Part shown: one piece after another, positions 1 to 13,192 of the stretch
Numbering within the stretch: the first letter of the stretch is position 1
Layout: each line of letters begins with the position of its first letter
DNA from: an uncultured bacterium
GTDB taxonomy: Bacteria > Verrucomicrobiota > Kiritimatiellia > RFP12 > UBA3636
NCBI GenBank assembly: GCA_902761575.1
Contig: CACWKU010000008.1
Span: forward strand, 1 to 48,576
Direction: 5' to 3'
DNA length: 48,576 nt
The notes under the pieces: generated by a model
What the model was told of the DNA's origin: nothing
Database searches by the model: none
The model's input: only the letters and a program-made list of their open reading frames with translations
Made by a program: the position numbers and the translations under genes

Positions 1-166
1 GGACGAGCGCGACGCCCTGCGCGAGCGGACCGCGGCGGCGCAGGCGGGCGAGGAGCTCGCGGCCCTGCGGCGAGCGCGCCGCGAGGCGCGCGAGGCCGTA
101 GAGCGCGAAGCCGCACCAGAGCGCGGCGAGGAAGAGCGCGAAGAGCGTGCGGGAAGGACCGTCCAT
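1..166 (-). CDS. hypothetical membrane protein, 5' fragment (continues beyond left edge)
   Basis: A reverse-strand ATG at 164-166 opens MDGPSRTLFALFLAALWCGFALYGLARLAARSPQGRELL..., which has one clear hydrophobic helix. It lies 6 nt downstream of the stop of the 173..769 gene on the same strand. No family recognised. Confidence 0.35.
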   Translation of the reverse strand, partial: MDGPSRTLFALFLAALWCGFALYGLARLAARSPQGRELLARLRRRGPLAQGVALV

Positions 167-172
167 GGCGCG

Positions 173-769
173 CTACCTCAGGATGAGGAGGCCGGCGTCG
201 GTGTCGAGCCGGAGCGACGCGGCCTCGGCGCCGCGCGGGCCGGCGCCGCGCACGTCGAGGCGGGCGGCGTTCCACGAGCGGGAGAAGAGCCAGTCCGGCG
301 GCGCGGCCGCGAGCGCGGCGAAGAGCGCGTTCGTGCTTCCCTCCTCGCGCGCCTCGAACGCGATCGGCCGCCCGGACGCCGCCAGACGCATCGAGAGCAC
401 GAGGGCCCGCTCGCCGGTTCCGTCCGGCGGAACCGCGGGCGGCGCCTCGACGCGGCCCGTGGGCGACGAGACGAACCAGGCGCCGGCGTCCCAGCCCAGC
501 GCGAGCGACTCGTCGCCCTGGAGGAGCGGGCCGCCCGGCTCGCGCGCCGCGCCGAACGCGGCCGAGACGTTGTTGGAGGGCGTGGCGACGAGCGCGACGC
601 GGGCCGTGACAAGGCGCGCGCGGGCGACCATCGCGGCGGGGAGGGGGGCGTTGGCCGTGCTCTCCGTGTCGGCGAACGCCGGCGGCGGGGCGGGCGGCAT
701 CGCGAACTCCGCGCCGCGGACGGCGGCCGGAAGCGCGAGCAGGAGGATCGGCAGGAGTCGGGGTTTCAT
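173..769 (-). CDS. secreted hypothetical protein (Ala/Pro-rich)
   Basis: ORF 173..838 was trimmed to the internal ATG, which gives MKPRLLPILLLALPAAVRGAEF, a Sec-type signal peptide. No recognisable domain. Confidence 0.5.
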   Translation of the reverse strand: MKPRLLPILLLALPAAVRGAEFAMPPAPPPAFADTESTANAPLPAAMVARARLVTARVALVATPSNNVSAAFGAAREPGGPLLQGDESLALGWDAGAWFVSSPTGRVEAPPAVPPDGTGERALVLSMRLAASGRPIAFEAREEGSTNALFAALAAAPPDWLFSRSWNAARLDVRGAGPRGAEAASLRLDTDAGLLILR

Positions 770-952
770 GGGCGGTGTCGGTCGTTTCCGGATGCGCCGC
801 GGCACCCCGCGGAAATCGCGGGAAAGCGCCTCGTGCATACAAGATACTACGACAGAACCGCCCCGGCCGACGGGAACATTTGTGGAACATTTTCGTTCGT
901 GCGTTCCCCGTCCCGGAATGGTAGAAGATGAGATTCCGGCGTGTACAAGAGG

Positions 953-991
953 CCTCCTCCGCGGACCGGGGAAACCGGTCGGCGGAGGAGG
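953..991 (-). terminator. GC hairpin downstream of purL (possible terminator)
   Basis: CCTCCTCCGC-G-GACCGG ggaaa CCGGTC-G-GCGGAGGAGG forms 16 paired positions with one G/G mismatch. It sits 34 nt past the purL stop. No clear U-tract. Confidence 0.35.
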
Positions 992-1024
992 GGAGGGCGC
1001 CCGCGGAAGGGCGGCGCGGGGGGG

Positions 1025-5422
<4,398 letters not shown>

Positions 5423-5432
5423 GGGAGGAGGG

Positions 5433-5493
5433 GGTTGAAACGGTTGAAGGGGTTGAAACGGTTGAAGAGGTTGAAGAAGTTGAAAGGTTGAAG
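5433..5493 (-). repeat. tandem 9-mer array (GGTTGAARN) in the purL 5' leader
   Basis: GGTTGAAAC GGTTGAAGG GGTTGAAAC GGTTGAAGA GGTTGAAGAA GTTGAAAG GTTGAAGC lies directly upstream of the purL ATG (5422). On the coding strand it reads CTTCAACC-type and is G-poor. Confidence 0.9.
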
Positions 5494-5541
5494 CGAAAGG
5501 AGGGAAAGGGAGGCCGAGGGGTGCGTTCGGGAATGCGCGGG

Positions 5542-5570
5542 AGTATACCGCAACGCCCGCGTGCGCACAA
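5542..5570 (-). promoter_or_regulatory. candidate sigma70-type promoter for purL
   Basis: On the minus strand, TTGTGC (5565-5570) is followed by a 17-nt spacer and then TATACT (5542-5547). The repeat-containing leader would be about 110 nt. Confidence 0.35.
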
Positions 5571-5594
5571 GCGCCCGCGGGACCGGCAAATCGG

Positions 5595-5623
5595 TTGTCA
5601 TGTCGCGCACAGTCTGCTAAAGT
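5595..5623 (+). promoter_or_regulatory. candidate sigma70-type promoter for the GH9 gene
   Basis: TTGTCA (5595-5600), 17-nt spacer, TAAAGT (5618-5623). It lies about 45 nt upstream of the ATG at 5672. Confidence 0.4.
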
Positions 5624-5671
5624 CTAACCCAGTCCGCGCAGCCGTCTGCGTGCAACGAAAGGACCCCGATC

Positions 5672-8308
5672 ATGAAAGACCGCCTCCTGCTTCCCCTGAT
5701 TCTCTTCGCCGCCTTGGCCTCCACGGCCGCGCAGCCGGCCGCCCCGGGCCGTCCCGCCGCCGCAGGACGCCCGGCCGCCGGCCCCTCCGACGACTCGAAG
5801 CCCGCCGCGATGCGCGCCTACGGCCTGCGCGAGGCGGCGCCGCTCTCGCCCACCGAGATCCGCGTCGTGCTCGGCGCGGCCACGACGGCCTCCGCCGACC
5901 GGGCGGACGCCTGGCGCATCCTCTCCGACAAGGACCCGGCCTACGCCTACACGACGTTCGCGCGGCCGAAGTCCGTGCGCAAGATCGCGCAGGCGGACGA
6001 GTTCCCGCTCCCCGCGGGCGACGCCTCGCCCAAGCCCGCGAAGCACGGCGCGCTGCGCGCCGTCGCCGTCGCGATCGAGCTGCCCTCGCCGATGAAGGAC
6101 GGCGCAACCTACACCGTGGTCGCGCACGGCTCGCCGTCGATGCAGAATCTCCTGGTGACGGGCGGGCGCGCGGACGCCTCGTTCACGTTCAAGGCGGGCG
6201 GCCCGTTCGCGAAGGCGGAGCTGCCGCCGCCGACCCGGGAGGCGCGCGACACGGCCGGCCTGCGCGGCGTGCGGAGCGTCGGCGGCGGGATCGTCCGGCT
6301 CGAGTGCGGCGCGGGGCTCGTTCCGCCCGCGTGCGACAGCCCCTCCACCTACACGGTGACGGTGAACGGCGCGCCCGCGGCGGTGCAGTCGGTCGGCCGC
6401 CGCACGCGCATCGACCTCTACAAGCCCGAATACTGGCCGTTCCACGTGCTGCTCGTGCACGACATCTTCCTCGACCTCGGCACGCCGCTCAAGACCGGCG
6501 ACAAGGTCCGCGTCTCGGTCTCGCCGGCCGCGATGGCGTCCGGCGCGACGGCGGAGGCGGAGCTGGCGTTCGACGAGCGCGCGAGCCTCTCGGACTCGAT
6601 CAAGGCGAACCAGGTCGGCTACCTCCCCGACGCGATCAAGTTCGCCCGCCTCGGGCGCTGGCTCGGCACGATGCCGAAGGGCGCGCTCGACTTCCCGTCG
6701 GCGCCGGCCTTCGAGGTGCGCGACGCCGCCACGCACGTCGTGGCGTTCTCCGGGATGGCGCGGCAGACGCACCGCCGGGGCGAGAAGGACGCGCGCCCGG
6801 GCGACCTCTCGGGCGAGAACGTCTGGGAGATGGACTTCACGAAGCTGACGAAGCCCGGGCGCTACTACGTCGCCGTCCCCGGCGTCGGGCGCAGCTTCGA
6901 CTTCCGGATCGCGCCGGACGCCTACGCGCAGGCGTTCGCCGTCGCGGCGACGGGCGTCGTCGCGCAGCGCTGCGGCATCGAGCTCAAGGAGCCGTGGTTC
7001 CCCTGGAACCGCGTCTCGTGCCACGACAAGGGCATCGTCCCCACGACCGCCGGGCGCGGCACGCCGCTCCGCGACCTGCCGGGCCTGGCCGAGCCCGGCG
7101 CCGCGAAGCTCGACGTCCGGGGCGGCCACCACGACGCGGGCGACTACAATCCGCGCTCGCACCTCGACGTGGCGCAGGCGCTCCTGGACGCCTACGACGT
7201 CGCGCCCCGCAAGTTCCGCGACGGACAGATGCCCGTGCCGCCGAACGAGCGCGGCGACGGCATCCCGGACGTCGTGAACGAGTCGCTCTGGGAGCTCCGG
7301 CTCTGGATCGGCCTGCAGGACTCCGACGGCGGCGTGCGCGCCGGCACGGAGTCCAACGGCGATCCGAACTTCTTCCAGACGGTCGAGCTCGACACGCTCG
7401 GCGACTACGCGTTCGCCAAGAGCGCGAAGGCGTCGTTCGAGTTCGCCGGCTGCGCCGCGCAGTGCGCGCGCATCCTGCGCTCGGTCGGCAAGAGGAACGC
7501 CGCCGACGGCCTCCTCGCCCGCGCCCGCAAGGCGTGGGAGTGGGCGGAGGCCAATCCGTCGCAGAATCGCGGCAGCGACTGGGTCTCGGCCCGCTCCTAC
7601 GCCGCCGCGCACCTGCTGGCCGCGACGGGCGAGGCGGCGTTCAACGAGGCGTTCGTCGCCGAGACGCCGTGGAAGGGCGATCCGAACGCGCCGGCGCAGA
7701 AGGACAACGCCTGGGACCTGCGCGCCGCCGCGTTCGCCTACGTGCACTGCGCGCCCGAGAAGGCGACCGACCCCGCCGTGCGCGCCGCCGCGAAGAACGC
7801 CATCGTGAAGGACGCGGACGGTCTCATCAACTCCGTGAAGAACGCCGCGTATCCGTTCATCCGCCACCCGTGGGCGCCGATCAACTGGGGCACGGGCGCC
7901 TACGAGAACATGCTGCATCCGATCGTCTACGCGTGGGCGGTGACGGGCGACGCGAAATACCGCGACTGGATCGTCCGCAACTGCGACAACACGCTCGGGT
8001 GCAACCCGATGTCGATCGTCTGGATGGCCGGCCTCGGCGGGCGGCGCATCCACGCGCCGCTGCACAATAGCCGCTACTCGCCGGGCGGCGTCGTGGCGGG
8101 CATCGAGTGCGAGGGCCCGGTGCAGAAGGGCGACGGCTACAACTGGAAGGAGACGGCCGTCCCCGCGCCGCGGACGGACAGCGCGTCGCTCTACACCTTC
8201 TCCGACTGCCACTTCGCGATCGGCATGGACGAGGGCGTCGTGAACGCCCAGGCCAAGACGCTCGCGGCCTTCGGCCTCCTGCTGCCCGACGCGCCCGCGA
8301 AGAAGTAG
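5672..8308 (+). CDS. secreted glycoside hydrolase family 9 (endoglucanase-like) with N-terminal Ig-like region
   Basis: Signal peptide MKDRLLLPLILFAALASTAAQ. GH9-type motifs are present: RGGHHDAGDYNPRSH, CNPMSIVWMAGLGGRRIHAPLHNS and a C-terminal GGVVAG...DCHFAIGMDEGVVNAQA. Confidence 0.75.
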   Translation: MKDRLLLPLILFAALASTAAQPAAPGRPAAAGRPAAGPSDDSKPAAMRAYGLREAAPLSPTEIRVVLGAATTASADRADAWRILSDKDPAYAYTTFARPKSVRKIAQADEFPLPAGDASPKPAKHGALRAVAVAIELPSPMKDGATYTVVAHGSPSMQNLLVTGGRADASFTFKAGGPFAKAELPPPTREARDTAGLRGVRSVGGGIVRLECGAGLVPPACDSPSTYTVTVNGAPAAVQSVGRRTRIDLYKPEYWPFHVLLVHDIFLDLGTPLKTGDKVRVSVSPAAMASGATAEAELAFDERASLSDSIKANQVGYLPDAIKFARLGRWLGTMPKGALDFPSAPAFEVRDAATHVVAFSGMARQTHRRGEKDARPGDLSGENVWEMDFTKLTKPGRYYVAVPGVGRSFDFRIAPDAYAQAFAVAATGVVAQRCGIELKEPWFPWNRVSCHDKGIVPTTAGRGTPLRDLPGLAEPGAAKLDVRGGHHDAGDYNPRSHLDVAQALLDAYDVAPRKFRDGQMPVPPNERGDGIPDVVNESLWELRLWIGLQDSDGGVRAGTESNGDPNFFQTVELDTLGDYAFAKSAKASFEFAGCAAQCARILRSVGKRNAADGLLARARKAWEWAEANPSQNRGSDWVSARSYAAAHLLAATGEAAFNEAFVAETPWKGDPNAPAQKDNAWDLRAAAFAYVHCAPEKATDPAVRAAAKNAIVKDADGLINSVKNAAYPFIRHPWAPINWGTGAYENMLHPIVYAWAVTGDAKYRDWIVRNCDNTLGCNPMSIVWMAGLGGRRIHAPLHNSRYSPGGVVAGIECEGPVQKGDGYNWKETAVPAPRTDSASLYTFSDCHFAIGMDEGVVNAQAKTLAAFGLLLPDAPAKK

Positions 8309-8333
8309 CGCCCGCCGGCGGGCGGGCGCGCCC
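8309..8333. terminator. GC palindrome cluster between convergent genes (possible bidirectional terminator)
   Basis: CGCCCGCC/GGCGGGCG followed by GGGCGCGCCC fills the 24-nt gap between the GH9 and GT2 stops. Confidence 0.3.
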
Positions 8334-9184
8334 TAGCGCGGCCAGCGCCAGAGGGGGCCGGCAAGGCCGCGGACGCGGAGCGGGGAGCCGTCCGGCGCGA
8401 AGAGCGGCGCGTCGACGCGGTCGGGGAAGTAGCACCCGTGCACGGCCTTGTCGAGCAGGCGCAGCGCCCGGATCGCGCGGCGCGCAAGAGGGGAGGGGAG
8501 GGCGCCGGCCTCGGCGCGCAGGCGGGCCTGCTCTTCCGCGGCGCCGGGGCCGAGCGAGGCGTTGGCGCCGGTCATCGCGTAGGCGCCGAGATAGCGCGGG
8601 CACAGCGCCGCGCGGACGCCGGAGGAGAGGACGCCGAGATACCACTTCTTGTCGGCGAGGCGGGGGTAGGAGAGGTCGAAGCGGGCGGAGCCCTCCCAGA
8701 CGGAACGCCGGAAGAAGACGGTGCAGGAGAGCAGGTAGTTGACGCCGTTGCGCAGGTAGAGCAGGCGCGCGGGCAGCTCGCGGCGCGCGGCGCGCAGGGA
8801 GCCGTCGGGGCCGAGCAGGAGGTAGTCGCCGAACACGAGCCCGATGCTCGCGTTGGTCTCGAAGAAGCGCTGCGCGTGGCCCGGGGCGTCGGGGATCCAC
8901 TGCTCGTCGGCGTTGAGCCACGCGAGGGCGTCGCAGCCCGCGGCGCAGGCGGCGTCGAGCCCGGCGGCGATGGCGTCGTAGAGGCCGCGGTCGGGCGCGC
9001 GCTCGTAGACGCAGCCGAACTCGGCGGCGAGGTCCTCCACCGGCTCCTTCGAGGCGGCGGACTCGCGCACGAAGTGCACGATCTCGCCGCCGCGCAGCGC
9101 CGCGGCCGCGGCGCGCACCGACGAAGCGCAGGCGCGGAAGCGGGCGCGTCCGTCGAGGACCGGTGTGACGACGCCGAGTTTCAT
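8333..9184 (-). CDS. glycosyltransferase family 2
   Basis: ORF 8333..9235 was trimmed to the ATG giving MKLGVVTPVLDGRARF. The VTPV..., DxGLYDA and LNADEQW pattern is typical of the GT2 (GT-A) fold. Confidence 0.7.
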   Translation of the reverse strand: MKLGVVTPVLDGRARFRACASSVRAAAAALRGGEIVHFVRESAASKEPVEDLAAEFGCVYERAPDRGLYDAIAAGLDAACAAGCDALAWLNADEQWIPDAPGHAQRFFETNASIGLVFGDYLLLGPDGSLRAARRELPARLLYLRNGVNYLLSCTVFFRRSVWEGSARFDLSYPRLADKKWYLGVLSSGVRAALCPRYLGAYAMTGANASLGPGAAEEQARLRAEAGALPSPLARRAIRALRLLDKAVHGCYFPDRVDAPLFAPDGSPLRVRGLAGPLWRWPR

Positions 9185-9187
9185 CGT

Positions 9188-9268
9188 GGTTCGAAGGTTC
9201 GAAAGTTCAAAGGTTCGAAGGTTCGAACGATTCAACCCTGGAACCTTCGAACCTTGGAACCTTGGAAC
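9188..9268. repeat. self-complementary tandem array built on GGTTCGAAG / CCTTCGAACC
   Basis: GGTTCGAAGGTTCGAAAGTTCAAAGGTTCGAAGGTTCGAACGATTCAACCCTGGAACCTTCGAACCTTGGAACCTTGGAAC fills the gspG-GT2 intercistronic gap. The two halves are mutually complementary. Confidence 0.85.
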
Positions 9269-9696
9269 TATTTCCAGCAGGAGACGTCCGCGTCCCAGCC
9301 GTCGCCGCCCTCCTCGCCGTCGGCGCCGTAGCAGACGACGTCGAAGGGCTTGCCGGCGGGGCCGGGAACGAGGTAGGCGTATTCGCGGCCCCAGGGGTCG
9401 AGCGGGACCTCGAGCTTGTCGAGATAGCCGCCGGCGGGGAAGCTGGCGGGCACGGGCGGGAGCGTCGGCGCGGCGACGAGCGCCGCGAGGCCCTGCTGGC
9501 GCGTGGGCGGTGCTCCGTTGTCGAGCAGATACTGCTCGAGCGCGGACTTGAACTGCGCGACCTGGAACTGCGCGCCGCGGTACTTTCCCTTCTGGAGGTT
9601 GGGCAGGACGGCGAGGCCGGCGGCGCCGGCGAGGATGGCGACGATGGCGAGCGCGACGAGCACTTCCATCAGCGTGAAGGCGGAGCGGCGTTTCAT
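9268..9696 (-). CDS. gspG: type II secretion major pseudopilin GspG
   Basis: It has the prepilin methylation motif MKRRSAFTLMEVLVALAIVAILA. GspG-type downstream motifs are present: FKSALEQYLLDNGAPPT.QGL.ALV, GGYL...PLDPWGREY and a C-terminal GADGEEGG.D. Confidence 0.85.
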   Translation of the reverse strand: MKRRSAFTLMEVLVALAIVAILAGAAGLAVLPNLQKGKYRGAQFQVAQFKSALEQYLLDNGAPPTRQQGLAALVAAPTLPPVPASFPAGGYLDKLEVPLDPWGREYAYLVPGPAGKPFDVVCYGADGEEGGDGWDADVSCWK

Positions 9697-9742
9697 GCGA
9701 GGGGGGAGGGGAGGGCGGTGGTGGGCTTTTGCATGGGCGCGG

Positions 9743-11044
9743 TCACTTCGCGGCGCCGAGCTCGCGTTCGAAGATCTCGTCGATGTGCGCGAAGGAGTTC
9801 TCGGGGCGGCAGATTGCGTCGAGGTCCGCGGCGGAGAGGCGCGCGGAGACCTCCGGGTCGGCGGCGAGGAGCGCCTTGTAGTCGCACTCCTTCGCCCAGG
9901 ACTCCATCGCGAGGCGCTGCACGAGGTCGTAGGCCGCCTCGCGCAGCATCCCCTTCTCCACGAGCGCCAGCATCACGCGCTGCGCGTGGACGAGGTTGTG
10001 GCTCATCGCCATCGAGCGGAGCATGTTCTCCGGATGGACGAGCAGGCCCGAGAGGATGAAGTCCACGCGCTCGAACATGTAGTCCAGGAGCGTCGTGCCG
10101 TCCGGGATGATGACGCGCTCGGCCGACGAGTGCGAGATGTCGCGCTCGTGCCAGAGCGCCACGTTCTCCATCGCCGTCACGGCGTAGCCGCGCAGCACGC
10201 GCGCGAGGCCGCAGACGTTCTCGCTCTTCACCGGGTTGCGCTTGTGCGGCATCGTCGAGGAGCCCTTCTGCCCCTTGCCGAACGGCTCCTCCGCCTCCCG
10301 CAGCTCCGTGCGCTGGCAGTGGCGCACCTCGAGCGCCATCTTCTCCAGGCACGCGCCGACGATCGCGATCGTGCACATCAGCTCCGCGTGGCGGTCGCGC
10401 TGCAGGACCTGCGTGGAGACGCTCGCCGGGACGAGCCCGAGCTTCTCGCAGACGTACTTCTCGACGAACGGGTCGATGTTGCCGTAGTTGCCGACGGCGC
10501 CGCTGAGCTTCCCGACGCGCATCGTCTCGGCCGCCTGCTCGAGGCGGCGCAGGCAGCGCCGCATGTCGCTGTGCCACAGGAGGAACTTCATCCCGAAGGT
10601 CGTCGGCTCGGCATGGACGCCGTGCGTGCGGCCCATGACGGGCGTGCGCTGGTATCTGCGCGCCTGCGTCTCGAGCGTGCCGAGGAGCTTCTTGCAGTCC
10701 GCGATCAGGATCTCCATCGCGTGGCGGATGTTGATCGCGTAGGCGGTGTCGACCACGTCCGTCGACGTGAGCCCGTAGTGGAGCCACTTGGAGTCGTCGC
10801 CGAGCGATTTGGCGACCGTGCGCGTGAACGCGACGACGTCGTGGTGCGTGCTCTTCTCGAGCTCCTCGATCTCCTCGACGGTGAAGCGGGCGTTTTTGCG
10901 CATCCGCTCCGCGGTGCCCTCGGGCACCTTGCCGAGCCTTTCCCACGCCTCGGTGGCGGCGAGCTCGACGTCGAGCCAGACGTGGAACTTGTGGTCGAGC
11001 GTCCAGATGGACGCCATTTCGGGGCGGGAGTAGCGGGCGATCAT
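9743..11044 (-). CDS. purB: adenylosuccinate lyase
   Basis: ORF 9743..11284 was trimmed to MIARYSRPEMASIW. Motifs present: GLTSTDVVDTA, MGRTHGVHAEPTTFG and the signature GSSTMPHKRNP. Confidence 0.95.
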   Translation of the reverse strand: MIARYSRPEMASIWTLDHKFHVWLDVELAATEAWERLGKVPEGTAERMRKNARFTVEEIEELEKSTHHDVVAFTRTVAKSLGDDSKWLHYGLTSTDVVDTAYAINIRHAMEILIADCKKLLGTLETQARRYQRTPVMGRTHGVHAEPTTFGMKFLLWHSDMRRCLRRLEQAAETMRVGKLSGAVGNYGNIDPFVEKYVCEKLGLVPASVSTQVLQRDRHAELMCTIAIVGACLEKMALEVRHCQRTELREAEEPFGKGQKGSSTMPHKRNPVKSENVCGLARVLRGYAVTAMENVALWHERDISHSSAERVIIPDGTTLLDYMFERVDFILSGLLVHPENMLRSMAMSHNLVHAQRVMLALVEKGMLREAAYDLVQRLAMESWAKECDYKALLAADPEVSARLSAADLDAICRPENSFAHIDEIFERELGAAK

Positions 11045-11062
11045 GGTCGGAAGGGGCGGGAG

Positions 11063-11125
11063 GGTCCGGATGGTTCGGATGGTCCGGATGGTCGGGATGG
11101 TCCGGATGGTCGGGTGGTCGGGTGG
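11063..11125 (-). repeat. tandem 9-mer array (GGTCCGGAT-type) in the purB 5' leader
   Basis: GGTCCGGAT GGTTCGGAT GGTCCGGAT GGTCGGGAT GGTCCGGAT GGTCGGGT GGTCGGGTGG lies 19 nt upstream of the purB ATG. The coding strand reads ATCCGGACC-type. Confidence 0.9.
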
Positions 11126-11136
11126 AACGGATCGGG

Positions 11137-11145
11137 ATTCTAGCA
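11137..11145 (-). promoter_or_regulatory. extended -10 box TGCTAGAAT (purB promoter candidate)
   Basis: The minus strand reads TGCTAGAAT. This places the 9-mer array inside an ~85-nt 5' UTR. Confidence 0.4.
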
Positions 11146-11179
11146 TACGCCTCCCGCGCGCGCAAACGAAAGGCCGCGC

Positions 11180-11209
11180 TTGCCAAACGGGGGAACGGCG
11201 GGTTAGAAT
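11180..11209 (+). promoter_or_regulatory. candidate promoter for a leaderless metallophosphoesterase mRNA
   Basis: TTGCCA (11180-11185), 18-nt spacer, TAGAAT (11204-11209), then 7 nt to the ATG at 11217. Confidence 0.45.
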
Positions 11210-11216
11210 CGGCGGC

Positions 11217-12017
11217 ATGGATACGGATGAAGAAATCGGGCCCGTGCGGTTCGGACTGGTGGCGGATCCCCACGTGGCGGACATCCCCGACGCGATCGGA
11301 CGCCGCTACCGCCTCGCGGCGGGGCGGGTCGAAGCCGCCGCGAGGGCGCTGTGCGCCGAAGGCGCGGACTTCCTCGTCGAGCTCGGCGACCTCAAGGACG
11401 CCGGCCCGGACGAAGCCTCCACGCTCGCGAACCTTGCCGCCGCCGCCGCCGCGCTGCGCGCGTTCCCGGGTCCGGTGCACCCCGTGCTCGGGAACCACGA
11501 CGTGGACCGAATCACGAAGGCGCAGTTCCTGCGCGGGTTCGCGGACGGCCTCGGACTTCCGGAGCCGCCCGCGCCGTTCGGCGCGTTCGACGTGCGCGGC
11601 GTCCGGTTCGTCCGGCTCGACTGCGACTTCTTCCCGGACGGCCGAGAGCTCTCGAACGGCGACTTCAACCACCGCGACTGCACCGTCCCGCCGGATCAGG
11701 TCGCGTGGCTGCGCGCGACGCTCGCCGCCGCGCCGGGGCCGTGCGTCGTCTTCTGCCACTCGCCGCTCACGGGCGACTGGGACAGCGTCGTCACGAACGG
11801 CGCCGAGGTCCGCGCCGCGATGGAGGAGGCGGGAGACGTCGTCGCCGTCTTCCAGGCGCACACGCACGGCGACGCGTTCAAGAGGATCAACGGGATCCCG
11901 TACTGCACGGTGCCCTCGATCTGCCACGACGACGGCCCCTACGCGCTCGCGGAGGCCGCGCCCGACGGGCGCGTCCGCGTCCGGGGCTTCCACGGCGCGA
12001 CCTCGCGCGAATGGTAG
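11217..12017 (+). CDS. metallophosphoesterase (calcineurin-like)
   Basis: ORF 11043..12017 was trimmed to MDTDEEIGPVRFGLVADPHV. Motifs present: DPH, GDL.D, GNHD and FCHSP...HTHGD. Confidence 0.8.
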   Translation: MDTDEEIGPVRFGLVADPHVADIPDAIGRRYRLAAGRVEAAARALCAEGADFLVELGDLKDAGPDEASTLANLAAAAAALRAFPGPVHPVLGNHDVDRITKAQFLRGFADGLGLPEPPAPFGAFDVRGVRFVRLDCDFFPDGRELSNGDFNHRDCTVPPDQVAWLRATLAAAPGPCVVFCHSPLTGDWDSVVTNGAEVRAAMEEAGDVVAVFQAHTHGDAFKRINGIPYCTVPSICHDDGPYALAEAAPDGRVRVRGFHGATSREW

Positions 12018-12037
12018 AGCCGCCACCCCGCCACGCC

Positions 12038-13138
12038 ATGCCCGGAAAGCCACGCCAGTCCAGCTTCGAGCTCCTGCGCCTGCTCTCGATGCTCGCGATC
12101 GTCGCGGGGCACCTCTTCACGGAGGGGCACCTCATCGCGCACGCGACGCCGGGGACGCTCCTGCCGTGCCTGCTCCTGGGAAGCGGCGCCCGCATCGCGA
12201 CGAACCTCTTCGTCCTGCTCGGATGCTGGTTCCTCGTCGGCTCGACGCTCCCCGGCGCGCCGGACTTCGCGCCGGGCCGTCGCTGGTGGCGGCTGCACTT
12301 CACGGTGCTCTGCTGGGCGGCCCCGCTCACGGTCGTCGCGCTCGCGACGGGCGCGCACCCGGGCCTGAAGGATACGCTGCGCGGCTTCCTGCCGTTCGTC
12401 GGGAGGCCGCTCTGGTTCGCCTCGGCGTGGATGTCGCTGCTGCTGCTCGTCCCGTTCCTGCGCCACGCGCTCGCGCTCCCGGCGCGCCGGCTCGGCGCGC
12501 TCGTCGCCGTGGGCGGCCTCCTTCTCGTCTTCAACTCCACGCTCGCCGACTTCCGCGAGGGCTACCTCACGGACACGTTCTGGTTCGTCTGGGCCTACCT
12601 CTTCCTCGGCTGGTTCCGCCTGTGCGCGCCGGCGCGGCTGCGGCGCGTGCCGGCCGCGGCCGCGCTCGCCGCGGGCCTCGCGCTCTACGCGGCGCTCGTC
12701 CTGCCCGAGTGGTGGGCCCGCGCGCACATCGCCTCGCACCCCGCCGCGCCCGCGGTGCACGCGCTCGCGCAGCGGTTCCTCGACGACCTCAAGAGCGCGC
12801 CGAACTTCCTCTGCGCCTTCGCGCTCTTCCTGTTCTTCGCGCGGATCGACCTCGGATCCGTCCGGTGGATCAACGCCGCCGCGCGCCCGGCCTTCGCGGT
12901 CTACGTGGCGCACCAGACGCCGGCCTTCTGGCCGGTGCTGTGGCCGCGCATCGTGCGCACGCCGGAATGGTGGGGCCAGGCCTGGACGCCGCTCGCCGCG
13001 ATCGGCGCGACGGTCGCGGTCTACGCCGCCGTCGCGCTCGTCGAGACGGCGCGCCTGCGCCTCCTCGAGCCGCGCTGGACGCGCACGCGCGCCTTCGCGG
13101 CGCTCGCCCGCGCGGTCGACCGCCTCTGCGGGGCGTAA
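12038..13138 (+). CDS. acyltransferase family 3 (integral membrane O-acyltransferase)
   Basis: ORF 11351..13138 was trimmed to MPGKPRQSSFELLRLLSMLAIVAGH. The sequence is polytopic and hydrophobic throughout, as in the Acyl_transf_3 family. Confidence 0.7.
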   Translation: MPGKPRQSSFELLRLLSMLAIVAGHLFTEGHLIAHATPGTLLPCLLLGSGARIATNLFVLLGCWFLVGSTLPGAPDFAPGRRWWRLHFTVLCWAAPLTVVALATGAHPGLKDTLRGFLPFVGRPLWFASAWMSLLLLVPFLRHALALPARRLGALVAVGGLLLVFNSTLADFREGYLTDTFWFVWAYLFLGWFRLCAPARLRRVPAAAALAAGLALYAALVLPEWWARAHIASHPAAPAVHALAQRFLDDLKSAPNFLCAFALFLFFARIDLGSVRWINAAARPAFAVYVAHQTPAFWPVLWPRIVRTPEWWGQAWTPLAAIGATVAVYAAVALVETARLRLLEPRWTRTRAFAALARAVDRLCGA

Positions 13139-13141
13139 ATG

Positions 13142-13170
13142 ACGCGGGCCGCGGAAACCGCGGCCCGCGT
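13142..13170. terminator. perfect 13-bp hairpin between convergent genes (bidirectional terminator candidate)
   Basis: ACGCGGGCCGCGG aaa CCGCGGCCCGCGT begins 4 nt after the acyltransferase stop and ends 23 nt before the opposing stop. Confidence 0.55.
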
Positions 13171-13192
13171 TCGGATGGCGGAAGCAGGCGGA

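Noticed and set aside
5488-8921. ORFs 5488..8070(+), 5624..8212(-) and 7881..8921(-) overlapping the GH9 and GT2 genes.
   Set aside because: They have the same high-GC shadow-ORF composition and no motifs. The 5672..8308 frame carries a signal peptide and GH9 signatures.
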